Source: a virus (lineage: Duplodnaviria; Heunggongvirae; Uroviricota; Caudoviricetes). Taken from it: a stretch of 14,757 nucleotides of DNA. Positions 7,600 through 14,757 of the stretch are shown here, in pieces. Each line of letters begins with the position of its first letter. The first letter of the stretch is position 1. The stretch lies in the IMG/VR virus record IMGVR_UViG_2657245439_000009; one strand, written 5' to 3'. A model generated the notes under the pieces. It saw nothing but the letters and a program-made list of their open reading frames with translations, searched no databases and was not told the DNA's origin. A program made the position numbers and the translations under genes.

Positions 7600-10175
7600 C
7601 GCCTGCCTCCGGAAAAGACGCCGCCATCACGCATCTGCGCCTGAATCTCATCCTGCGCCCCCTTGCGGGCCATGTCATACACCGCCTTCATCAGCTGCGG
7701 CCCCGCCTGTCCGTTGGTGCCGTCGTTCTGAATCACCACGTGATTGTTCTGATTAAAACTAATGCCTTCAGCCCGCCGCATCTGCGCCGGACTTCCGGCA
7801 CCGCCCACATAACCACCTTCCGCATAGCCCCGCATCAGGCGGTACAGGTTGCCGACGCCAATCCGGCTGGTTGCTTCCTTCGTGAAGACAAACTCCCCGC
7901 GATGAACAATTCCCGCAGGTTCATATTTACCCCCCGTCCCCGTAAATCCCCCGGTCGCGAAATGGAAGTTCGCCGCCGCAGCCTGAATGGCCGTCCCCGT
8001 GGAGGCAGACGCACCACCACCGAAAGCACCGCCAATGGCGCTGCCGATACTCCCGACTATCCCCACCATCGCCTGCTTCAGAAAAATCTCTGTCAGCATG
8101 GAGAGCACAGAACGGGTGAAACCACGCCAGTTCTGTTCGCTGCCGGTCAGCATCGCTGCCATATTCTGTGCAATACCGTCAAAGGTCTGCGTGGCCACGC
8201 TTTTAACCTGCGAAAAACTGTCCGTCGCACTTTCTGCCCACTCGCCCCAGCCGGACTTCAGACCGGCCATCCAGCTTCCACGAAGCTGCTCCTCCGCAGA
8301 CCAGGTGTTCTTCAGTGCAGATGTGGCCTTCGCCAGCGCATCCGGATTATCACCGTACACGTCACGAAGGCGCTGCTCTTCCGACTCCCGCTGCACCTGA
8401 CGGTCGGTGAGGCCCCGCGCCTGGGCACTGATTGCCGCCTGCTTCGCGCCCTGCTGCTGCTCAAACCGCGCAGCCTGCTGTACCAGCTCATTCAGCCGTT
8501 TCTGGTGTTCAACTTTGTCTCCCAGCTCAGCCAGCTGGCGTTTGTACTCCAGCGTCTCTTTCTCATGGGCCAGCAGGGATTTTTCCTGCTCAGATAACTG
8601 CCGTTTCGTGGCTGCCTCTTTCAGGACCGCATACTGATTTTCCGCTTTCCATAAATCGCGACGCTGCTGGCTGATTTTCTCATTCGCTCCGGCATGCTTC
8701 TCCAGCATCCGGAGTTCTGCCTGAAGCGTCAGCAGGGCAGCATGAGCACTGTCTTCCTGACGATCGCCCGCAGACACCTTCACGCCGGACTGTTTCGGCT
8801 TTTTCAGCGTCGCTTCATAGTCCTTTTTCGCCGCCGCCATCAGCGTGTTGTAATCTGCCTGCAGGATTTTCCCGTCTTTCAGTGCCTTATTCAGTTCTTC
8901 CTGACGGGCGGTATATTTCTCCAGCGGCGTCAGCAGACGCTCATACGCCTTCTGCGCCTCTCCGGTATACTTCAGCTGTGATGCGTCCCGTTCGGCCCGG
9001 TCCCTGGCGGCCAGTTCACCGGCTTTTTCCATATCCGACTGCAGCGTGGCCGCTGCCAGCCCCAGACGGGCATTTTCCCGGTCATTCCATGCGCCCTGAA
9101 GGTTGGCCCGGAAAGAGGAGGTTTTACCGCGGCGCTGGCTCCGACTCTGGTACCACTGCCATTTTTTATCCGCCTCATCAAATGCCTTCTGCGCACTGGC
9201 GAGCATATCCGCTGAGGACTCAGGACGACCGATATCCAGAATGGCATCCCACATCGATTTGAATGCCTTCCCGGTTTTATCCGCCCAGGTCTCCAGTGTC
9301 CCCATGTTTTCTTTCAGGCGACGGGTCTGCTCATCAAAGCCTTTCGTGGCGATATCGTTCGCCGCCTGTAAGGCCCCGGCCTCATCACCGGAACGCTGCA
9401 GCTGCGCAACATACGCAATCTGCTCTGCCGTCACGTTACGGAACTGGCGCGCCATCGCAATCAGCCCCGACGTAGGGTCGGTGGTCAGCTTCCCGAAGGC
9501 TTCAGCGACTTTATCCACCTCCACACCGGATGCAGACGCAAAACGCGCGACACTCTGGTTGATGGCATCAAACTGTTCACCACCACGCACACCGGCATTC
9601 ACCAGGGCTGCCAGTGACTCTCTCGCCTGGTTAAACGTCAGCCCTGCTGCCTGCCCGGCTCTTGAGAGAGTCAGCATACGATCGGCAGTCAGTCCGGACT
9701 GATTACCGGAAAGAACCAGGGTTTTATTAAACGCTGAAAGCGTGGAATCCCCCTGGTACCAGGCGTACACCAGCGCACCTGTCGCCACCGCCAGCGAGGT
9801 GACCCCGACCATCGGCAGGGTGATCGCACCGGCAAGCCCCCTGAACATGGGGATCATCCCGCCGAAGGAGTCCTTCACCTGACCGCCCTGTTGCAGCAGG
9901 ATCAGCCAGGGATTCTGACCACCGGCAAGCTGCGTGGCGATATCCGTAAACTGTGCGGGCAGGGTTCGCATGGCCGCTTTATACTGCCCGACGGAAATCC
10001 CGGCTTTTTGTGCAGCCAGCGCCTGGCGGCTCAGGCCCTGTTCAACAGCACTGGCGGTTTTTCTGACGTCGGTATCCAGACCTGAAAAATGACGCCTTAC
10101 CCGGCTCATCTGCTCATCGAAACGGACAGCATCCAGACTCAGGTCAATAACAAGATCACCAACCGGCTGGGACAT
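7596..10175 (-). CDS. H: Tail tape measure protein H
   Basis: 859 codons. Long coiled-coil-like Ala/Gln/Glu/Lys-rich central part and Gly-rich C-terminal region typical of tape measure proteins. Position after G/GT. Size close to lambda gpH (about 853 aa, from memory). Confidence 0.9.
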   Translation of the reverse strand: MSQPVGDLVIDLSLDAVRFDEQMSRVRRHFSGLDTDVRKTASAVEQGLSRQALAAQKAGISVGQYKAAMRTLPAQFTDIATQLAGGQNPWLILLQQGGQVKDSFGGMIPMFRGLAGAITLPMVGVTSLAVATGALVYAWYQGDSTLSAFNKTLVLSGNQSGLTADRMLTLSRAGQAAGLTFNQARESLAALVNAGVRGGEQFDAINQSVARFASASGVEVDKVAEAFGKLTTDPTSGLIAMARQFRNVTAEQIAYVAQLQRSGDEAGALQAANDIATKGFDEQTRRLKENMGTLETWADKTGKAFKSMWDAILDIGRPESSADMLASAQKAFDEADKKWQWYQSRSQRRGKTSSFRANLQGAWNDRENARLGLAAATLQSDMEKAGELAARDRAERDASQLKYTGEAQKAYERLLTPLEKYTARQEELNKALKDGKILQADYNTLMAAAKKDYEATLKKPKQSGVKVSAGDRQEDSAHAALLTLQAELRMLEKHAGANEKISQQRRDLWKAENQYAVLKEAATKRQLSEQEKSLLAHEKETLEYKRQLAELGDKVEHQKRLNELVQQAARFEQQQGAKQAAISAQARGLTDRQVQRESEEQRLRDVYGDNPDALAKATSALKNTWSAEEQLRGSWMAGLKSGWGEWAESATDSFSQVKSVATQTFDGIAQNMAAMLTGSEQNWRGFTRSVLSMLTEIFLKQAMVGIVGSIGSAIGGAFGGGASASTGTAIQAAAANFHFATGGFTGTGGKYEPAGIVHRGEFVFTKEATSRIGVGNLYRLMRGYAEGGYVGGAGSPAQMRRAEGISFNQNNHVVIQNDGTNGQAGPQLMKAVYDMARKGAQDEIQAQMRDGGVFSGGRR

Positions 10176-11027
10176 ATCTCACACCTCCCGGAATCCCCGC
10201 TGAAGCCATCATTAATGCGGCATCATCCACCATGACATCCGCCACATCCGCAGACGATAAAATATCGCGCCCTCCGTCCCCACCGAACCGGACGCCTCCG
10301 GCAAGTCCTGCCGCTTTCTGCATCAGCATTTTGTCCTCATCCGGCCTCTCCACCTGCTCTTCCTCATGCCGGGGGACAAGCAGACTGAAATCAGAGGGAT
10401 GCATATCCGGATCGCAAAAAAACAGGCTGAGTACAGCGTACGTCAGCCCGGAAAAATGCATATCCAGCTGGGTATCGTGAAAATAATGCATGCGGTAAAA
10501 ATGTCGCCAGTCGGCATATTCGGTGGATGTCATCCCGGCAAGCATGGCGCGCCAGTCAGGCCTCCCCATCTCACGCGCCAGTCTGAGGGCAAAATTCAGC
10601 TCGCCGTCGAAGACTTTCCCGCAGAAAAATCATCATCAGTCAGCGCGTTATTTTTCGCCACTTCGGTAATATCCGTATCCACATGAACAGGCCCGCTCAT
10701 CCCGGACAGACGCAACACCACATCTTCCGCCCGGGCAATGGCATCAGCAGGCCAGGTGGTCAGGACTTCCTGCTCAATCTGCATCACGGCCTCATTCATT
10801 GACGGTGACCCCGTTTTCTGCGGATGGTTATGCCACAGGGACATCGCCACCAGAAACGCGCCGGTTCTGACGAGATCTTCCACGCTTACCTGCAGGTTGC
10901 CGCTGGATTCTGCCTGTTCTGCACGCCGTTTCAGGAGGGCAAGATGCTCAATACGCTGCAGCGCAGACAATTCGGAAAGCGTGACAGACACACCGTTATA
11001 TTCAAATTGTTCTGTTTTCAGAAACAT
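10156..11027 (-). CDS. GT: Tail assembly chaperone GT, made by a programmed -1 ribosomal frameshift from G into the T frame
   Basis: The G frame reads GCG GGA AAG across the heptamer. The -1 frame is open from there (..GKVFDGELNFALRLAREMGRPDW..) and is the frame of track ORF 10156-10569, which ends 20 nt inside H. Same arrangement as lambda G/GT. Confidence 0.75.
10596..11027 (-). CDS. G: Tail assembly chaperone G
   Basis: 143 codons. MFLKTEQFEYNGVSVTLSELSALQRIEHLALLKRRAEQAES... matches lambda gpG closely. GGAGG RBS upstream. Confidence 0.9.
   Translation of the reverse strand: MFLKTEQFEYNGVSVTLSELSALQRIEHLALLKRRAEQAESSGNLQVSVEDLVRTGAFLVAMSLWHNHPQKTGSPSMNEAVMQIEQEVLTTWPADAIARAEDVVLRLSGMSGPVHVDTDITEVAKNNALTDDDFSAGKSSTAS
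10614..10620 (-). other. Slippery heptamer G GGA AAG for the G to GT -1 frameshift
   Basis: Reverse complement of plus-strand ctttccc (10614-10620) is GGGAAAG, located 5 codons before the G stop codon in the G reading frame. Confidence 0.8.
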
Positions 11028-11040
11028 GTATGACCTCCGT

Positions 11041-11793
11041 TTACCCTGCAGCGCCCGCTTCAGTAACGGTGACTTCAGCTACCGTGGCAAACTGACCATT
11101 ACCGGAAATCACGGGGATACTCACTTTTCCAGCCTTAACCCCCGTCACAGTGATCACCATATCTTTCACAGCAATGGTTCCCGTTGACGGATCGGCGGAA
11201 ACCGCTCTGAACGTCTTGTCGGTTGCACTTTCCGGCTCAAAAGAAACAGTCAGGGTGGTTGTTTTTCCTTTTTCCACGGTACCGGATGTCGGTGTCACCT
11301 TAATTGCAGTGGCCGGCGTAATTTCGCTGCGTTCTTCCGCCACGGAAGGTTTGCCCACGTTGGTCACTTTCACTGTTCGGGTGATCACTTCTTTCGCCGT
11401 CACTGCCTTACCGATACTGCTGATCCAGCCACGAAACACATCCACCGTGCCATTCGGAAAACGGATTTTATAGGCCCGCACATCCCCGCTTTCAAACCAG
11501 CCTATAAGCCCTTTCTGACCTTCTTCTCCCGGTTTCCAGGCCAGTGTAAAACTGGTATCACCTGCAGATTTCTGTCCCTGCCCGGTCGCGCTCCAGTCCG
11601 CGTCTTCATCATCCAGGTAGTTATCATCGTAGGATTCTGCCGTCATCTCGCCCGGCGTCAGATCCTTCACCTTAGCCAGTCGCTGCCAGTCATCATCTGA
11701 CAACGGGTTTGCATAAGCATCACCCTTGCCGGTGTAAACCCACAGAGTGGTACCGGCACCTTTTACCGGCGCCAGGGGATTTGGTGTTGGCAT
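11041..11793 (-). CDS. V: Major tail tube protein V with a C-terminal Ig-like domain
   Basis: 250 codons. [49 protein letters not shown]... matches lambda gpV. C-terminal Thr/Val-rich region is consistent with the Ig-like domain. GAGGA RBS. Confidence 0.9.
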   Translation of the reverse strand: MPTPNPLAPVKGAGTTLWVYTGKGDAYANPLSDDDWQRLAKVKDLTPGEMTAESYDDNYLDDEDADWSATGQGQKSAGDTSFTLAWKPGEEGQKGLIGWFESGDVRAYKIRFPNGTVDVFRGWISSIGKAVTAKEVITRTVKVTNVGKPSVAEERSEITPATAIKVTPTSGTVEKGKTTTLTVSFEPESATDKTFRAVSADPSTGTIAVKDMVITVTGVKAGKVSIPVISGNGQFATVAEVTVTEAGAAG

Positions 11794-11800
11794 ATCGTCC

Positions 11801-12196
11801 TCACATCTCGTATGTAATGGAATAAGTCAAATCTGCAGAGCTCCATAACGCCATATCGTCATCACGACGATAGTCATAGCCCTGCTGAACCATCGTGGTA
11901 ATCATCCCTGCCAGTGCAGGGATCGCGGACATCGCCGGATAAATCCGGGACTCCATCCACGAATCCAGCTCTGAATCCGGCACCTGAGCAGGCAGGAAAA
12001 CTTCAATATGCAGTGTGGCCCGCCAGGTATCCGCATCCAGCTCTTCACCGGTATACTCTGCATCCGTCAGATAAACCGCGACCGCGGGAAAATCCTCTTC
12101 GTCAAAAACAACGGGGCGACCATCAAACAGCGTCGCCCCGTGTTCATGCAGCTCCAGTGCATCCAGCACTGCAGCACGGATATCAGTATGTTTCAT
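11801..12196 (-). CDS. U: Tail tube terminator protein U
   Basis: 131 codons, the same length as lambda gp[44 protein letters not shown]... matches lambda gpU. Confidence 0.9.
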   Translation of the reverse strand: MKHTDIRAAVLDALELHEHGATLFDGRPVVFDEEDFPAVAVYLTDAEYTGEELDADTWRATLHIEVFLPAQVPDSELDSWMESRIYPAMSAIPALAGMITTMVQQGYDYRRDDDMALWSSADLTYSITYEM

Positions 12197-12726
12197 CGTT
12201 TTATCGCAATCCTCAGTTGTTGTTTCAGCGCATATGCCAGTTCTCCGGGCAGGCGTTCACGCCGGATACGGTCAACATTCTCATCAAACGCCTGTTTCAG
12301 TGGGGCCGCCATCGGGATTTTCACCACATCAATGGGGTAACGGTTTTTCCCGGCCACACGCTGCATGACATGCCAGCGACCATTTTTTAATCGCTGAATA
12401 AATGCCCGCTGATAACGATGCTGACCGGCTTTGAGTATGCTGTCCGGACGACGCCCCGGCATCCTGATCCCCAGCTTAATCACCGGGAGATCACCGCGGT
12501 TAACGATAATTCTGGCATTCGGATTTCTGACCGTGGCCCGTTTCAGTCTGGACCGTTCCTTTACCAGTTTCCGGTTCACCCTGGTTTCCCGGGCAACCTG
12601 TGACGAAGACTGATTAATCGCCGTTGTGGCCACGCGGTTAATGGCCATTGCTGAAGCCGCCGGAATGGCGTTTTTACGAACCCGGCTCAGATTGTCAATC
12701 GCCTGATCAAGCCCTTTTATCGCCAT
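12193..12726 (-). CDS. Z: Tail completion protein Z
   Basis: 177 codons. MAIKGLDQAIDNLSRV... and C-terminus ..[25 protein letters not shown] resemble lambda gpZ. Stop overlaps the U start. Confidence 0.9.
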   Translation of the reverse strand: MAIKGLDQAIDNLSRVRKNAIPAASAMAINRVATTAINQSSSQVARETRVNRKLVKERSRLKRATVRNPNARIIVNRGDLPVIKLGIRMPGRRPDSILKAGQHRYQRAFIQRLKNGRWHVMQRVAGKNRYPIDVVKIPMAAPLKQAFDENVDRIRRERLPGELAYALKQQLRIAIKR

Positions 12727-12740
12727 AATTCACCCTGCGT

Positions 12741-13094
12741 TTATCGTCGCCGGTTAACTGCGGGTGGTTGCCCACGGTTGAGCCAGAGATAACAACTCCC
12801 TCCGTCATCCGGAGAAACACGGTCCACCCAGAATGTCTCACCATTAATGGTCAGCGTGTCACCACGCCGCACGGCACGCACCGTATCCGTCCGCACAAAT
12901 AATGACGGACAGCTTCCTTCAATACGGACCCCGCTACCGGCAAACCCCAGCGACTCCGGATCGTCAAAAACCCCCTGAACTTCGCTGCCACACTGTGCCC
13001 CCGAGGTGAACTGCGCACAGAGCCCCATCACTTCAACAATCGTGCTGTCCACCCCGGCAAGGGCAGCATCAAAGGCATTCTGAAAATCACGCAT
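12741..13094 (-). CDS. FII: Head-tail joining protein FII
   Basis: 117 codons, the same length as lambda gpFII. ..GVFDDPES..FVRTD.VRAVRRGDTLTINGETFWVDRVSPDDGGSCYLWLNRGQPPAVNRRR matches lambda FII. Confidence 0.9.
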   Translation of the reverse strand: MRDFQNAFDAALAGVDSTIVEVMGLCAQFTSGAQCGSEVQGVFDDPESLGFAGSGVRIEGSCPSLFVRTDTVRAVRRGDTLTINGETFWVDRVSPDDGGSCYLWLNRGQPPAVNRRR

Positions 13095-13470
13095 GCTCAG
13101 CCGTTCCGTGCTGTATCATGGCTGTCGCCAGTGGTGATGGCACCAGAACACGCATGCCCCGGTACGTCAGTTCAACGGGACGGCCTGTCTCCGGGCAATA
13201 CCCCATCACATGCAGGCATTTCCGCACACGGACCGCTTTAACATCATCCGTAGCATCAGTGTTGTGCAACTGCTCACCATCGTCTGTGTGATTTTGCTCA
13301 GGCCCGCTCTCATCACCAGGCATAATGCCCTCCCGGGAAGCAGCAAGCTCCTCTTCCCACTCAGACACACGTTGCGCAATATCCGCAGCACTCCCCGACA
13401 TATCCGCCTCGCGCCCCAGCAGGCCAGCCAGTTGACGAAGACGTTTCTGATTTTCTTCTTTTGTTGCCAT
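13087..13470 (-). CDS. FI: DNA packaging / head assembly protein FI
   Basis: Start placed at ATG 13470-13468 (MATKEENQKRLRQLAG...) with GGGGG SD-like upstream. The track ORF start at 13518 is a GTG immediately after the E stop and is unlikely. Acidic central region as in lambda FI. Confidence 0.8.
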   Translation of the reverse strand: MATKEENQKRLRQLAGLLGREADMSGSAADIAQRVSEWEEELAASREGIMPGDESGPEQNHTDDGEQLHNTDATDDVKAVRVRKCLHVMGYCPETGRPVELTYRGMRVLVPSPLATAMIQHGTAEHA

Positions 13471-13521
13471 ATCAGCCCCCTGTGAAAAAAGACACGGGGG
13501 CATTTCGCCCCCGCTCACGGA

Positions 13522-14550
13522 TTATTTCACCTGCACCACCACAAACTCATCCGGATCCGGCAGCACCATCAGCGGTGCGGACTGCGTCATGGTAAATTCA
13601 CGGGCGGGATCCCCCACCGTCAGCCAGTGTTTCGGATAACGGGAAGAGGCCACCACACCTTCGGACAACGCCTGCGCATCCTGAATGGCACCGTAACAAC
13701 GGATCCCATCTGCAGCAGTATTCCCCAGAACCAGCATGCCCTCCGGCAGATAACGTTTTTCGATACCGTCTTCTGCTATATAAGACGTTTTCGCCACCAC
13801 AATGGCCAGATCGCCGTAATACCCCTTGAAGGACACCACTGCGCCCAGATCTTTCACTGCCGTTTCGAGTTGAGAATTTGAACCGCGACGGGTATCCAGT
13901 TTTTCGCGGAACAGCTTAAAACCATTCAGAAGACGCCAGACGGTACCGTCCATAATGGCAATATTCACAAGACCGCTGGCCTGGTCGCAGTAGAGGTCAA
14001 GATCATGTGTAGGATCGAACGTGTCACGATCCTGTTTTGACCACTCCTTACCACTACCCTGAGTGATGTTATTCTTCGTCGACCTGCCAAAATCGACCTC
14101 AATTTTCTCGAACTGGTCTCCTTCCATCGTATATTTGCCATACAACACAGCATTTACCGCCTGTATTTCTTCCACCTGGACAATCGCGTGCTCTTCCTGT
14201 TTGAGGTTATCGGTAATGATACGCAGACGGCGGTAAGCCGGATCGTTCAGTTGAGCCGGATCTTCACCAGGAAGGCGCTCAACCGCCTGCTGGTAATTAA
14301 ATTCGTGTTTCGGCTTGACGTAGCCCGGACGTAACACGCGGGTTTCACCACCACGATGACGCAGCACTTTTCCTTCAACAACCGGGGAGACATAGGCCGC
14401 CACCGGCGTTTTTCCGGTAATTTTGTCCAGCATCACCTCTTCGGTATGGAAATTCACCGTACGGCGGAAAAACAGCTCCAGAAACAGCGCACGAAATTTC
14501 ACTTTTTGTTCGGTATAACCGAGTAACTGGCGGGTCGTAAACAATCCCAT
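13522..14550 (-). CDS. E: Major capsid protein E
   Basis: 342 codons against about 341 for lambda gpE. Conserved stretches such as PGYVKPKHE, KLDTRRGSNS.LETAVKDLG, GDPAREFTM.QSAPLM.L.DPDEF. AAGGAA RBS upstream. Confidence 0.95.
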   Translation of the reverse strand: MGLFTTRQLLGYTEQKVKFRALFLELFFRRTVNFHTEEVMLDKITGKTPVAAYVSPVVEGKVLRHRGGETRVLRPGYVKPKHEFNYQQAVERLPGEDPAQLNDPAYRRLRIITDNLKQEEHAIVQVEEIQAVNAVLYGKYTMEGDQFEKIEVDFGRSTKNNITQGSGKEWSKQDRDTFDPTHDLDLYCDQASGLVNIAIMDGTVWRLLNGFKLFREKLDTRRGSNSQLETAVKDLGAVVSFKGYYGDLAIVVAKTSYIAEDGIEKRYLPEGMLVLGNTAADGIRCYGAIQDAQALSEGVVASSRYPKHWLTVGDPAREFTMTQSAPLMVLPDPDEFVVVQVK

Positions 14551-14580
14551 AAATCAGTTCCTTTCATTCAGAAATCAGTC

Positions 14581-14598
14581 AGGCCACCGCGGTGGCCT
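14581..14598. repeat. Perfect 18-bp palindrome in the D-E intergenic region
   Basis: aggccaccgcggtggcct reads identically on both strands, with CCGCGG at the centre. Lies 9 nt after the D stop and about 30 nt before the E ATG on the late mRNA. Confidence 0.5.
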
Positions 14599-14607
14599 GA
14601 TAACGTG

Positions 14608-14757
14608 TTACGGCAGCGCCGCGTGACTCAGGGCACTGCCGGCAAAGGCATTTGCCTTTTTGTGTTCATCCACACTTTCAGGCCAGCGGATTGCCTCCGT
14701 CGCAAAGGTCCCCGACTTGTAATAGGTCAGTACCGTCTCTGTGCCTTCAAGCGGCAG
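14608..14757 (-). CDS. D: Head decoration protein D, C-terminal 49 codons only; the 5' end lies beyond the window end
   Basis: Hand translation from the window edge gives [49 protein letters not shown] then stop (TAA, 14610-14608). This resembles the lambda gpD C-terminus (..TFYKSGTF....WPE.....KK..AFAG..) and sits immediately upstream of E. Confidence 0.7.
   Translation of the reverse strand: MPLEGTETVLTYYKSGTFATEAIRWPESVDEHKKANAFAGSALSHAALP

Noticed and set aside
7326-8597. 423-aa plus-strand ORF antisense to M and H
   Set aside because: Arg/Pro/His-rich low-complexity translation opposite two well-supported, tightly packed phage genes; a typical shadow ORF in GC-rich coding DNA. The same reasoning applies to the other antisense ORFs inside J, H, V and E (for example 2366-2939, 8882-9702, 11150-11473, 13627-13881).
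10156-10569. Track ORF 10156-10569 (MGRPDW...) as an independently initiated gene T
   Set aside because: Its apparent start is an internal Met with no RBS. The frame is better explained as the -1 frameshift extension of G (GT fusion), as in lambda.
13471-13518. Longer FI start at 13518
   Set aside because: The codon at 13518-13516 is GTG lying 3 nt after the E stop with no SD. The ATG at 13470 has a G-rich SD and gives an N-terminus (MATKEE...) matching lambda FI.
1-14757. Search for tRNA, CRISPR repeats, IS inverted repeats, integrase or attachment sites
   Set aside because: None seen. There are no cloverleaf-like tRNA candidates in intergenic DNA, no regularly spaced direct repeats, and no transposase-like or integrase-like ORFs. 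The window is internal to the prophage structural region, so att sites are not expected here.

Overview
This window is a lambda-like prophage late (head and tail) structural module, read almost entirely on the minus strand in canonical lambda order. From the high-coordinate end: D (3' fragment), E, FI, FII, Z, U, V, G/GT (with a conserved -1 frameshift heptamer), H, M, L, K, I, then J, lom and the 5' part of stf, which runs off the window start. Gene identities rest on reading the supplied translations against lambda proteins recalled from memory; no search was run. The one clear accessory insertion is a plus-strand Cu,Zn superoxide dismutase gene (sodC) with its own terminator, sitting in a widened I-J gap. 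The most unusual observation is that J is only 799 codons, apparently lacking a large central-distal segment while keeping lambda-like N and C termini. I see no tRNA, CRISPR array, IS element or integrase. I also see no convincing evidence of a previously undescribed system: this is largely an ordinary lambdoid morphogenesis region with lom and sodC as lysogenic-conversion-type cargo, both of which have precedent in enterobacterial prophages.
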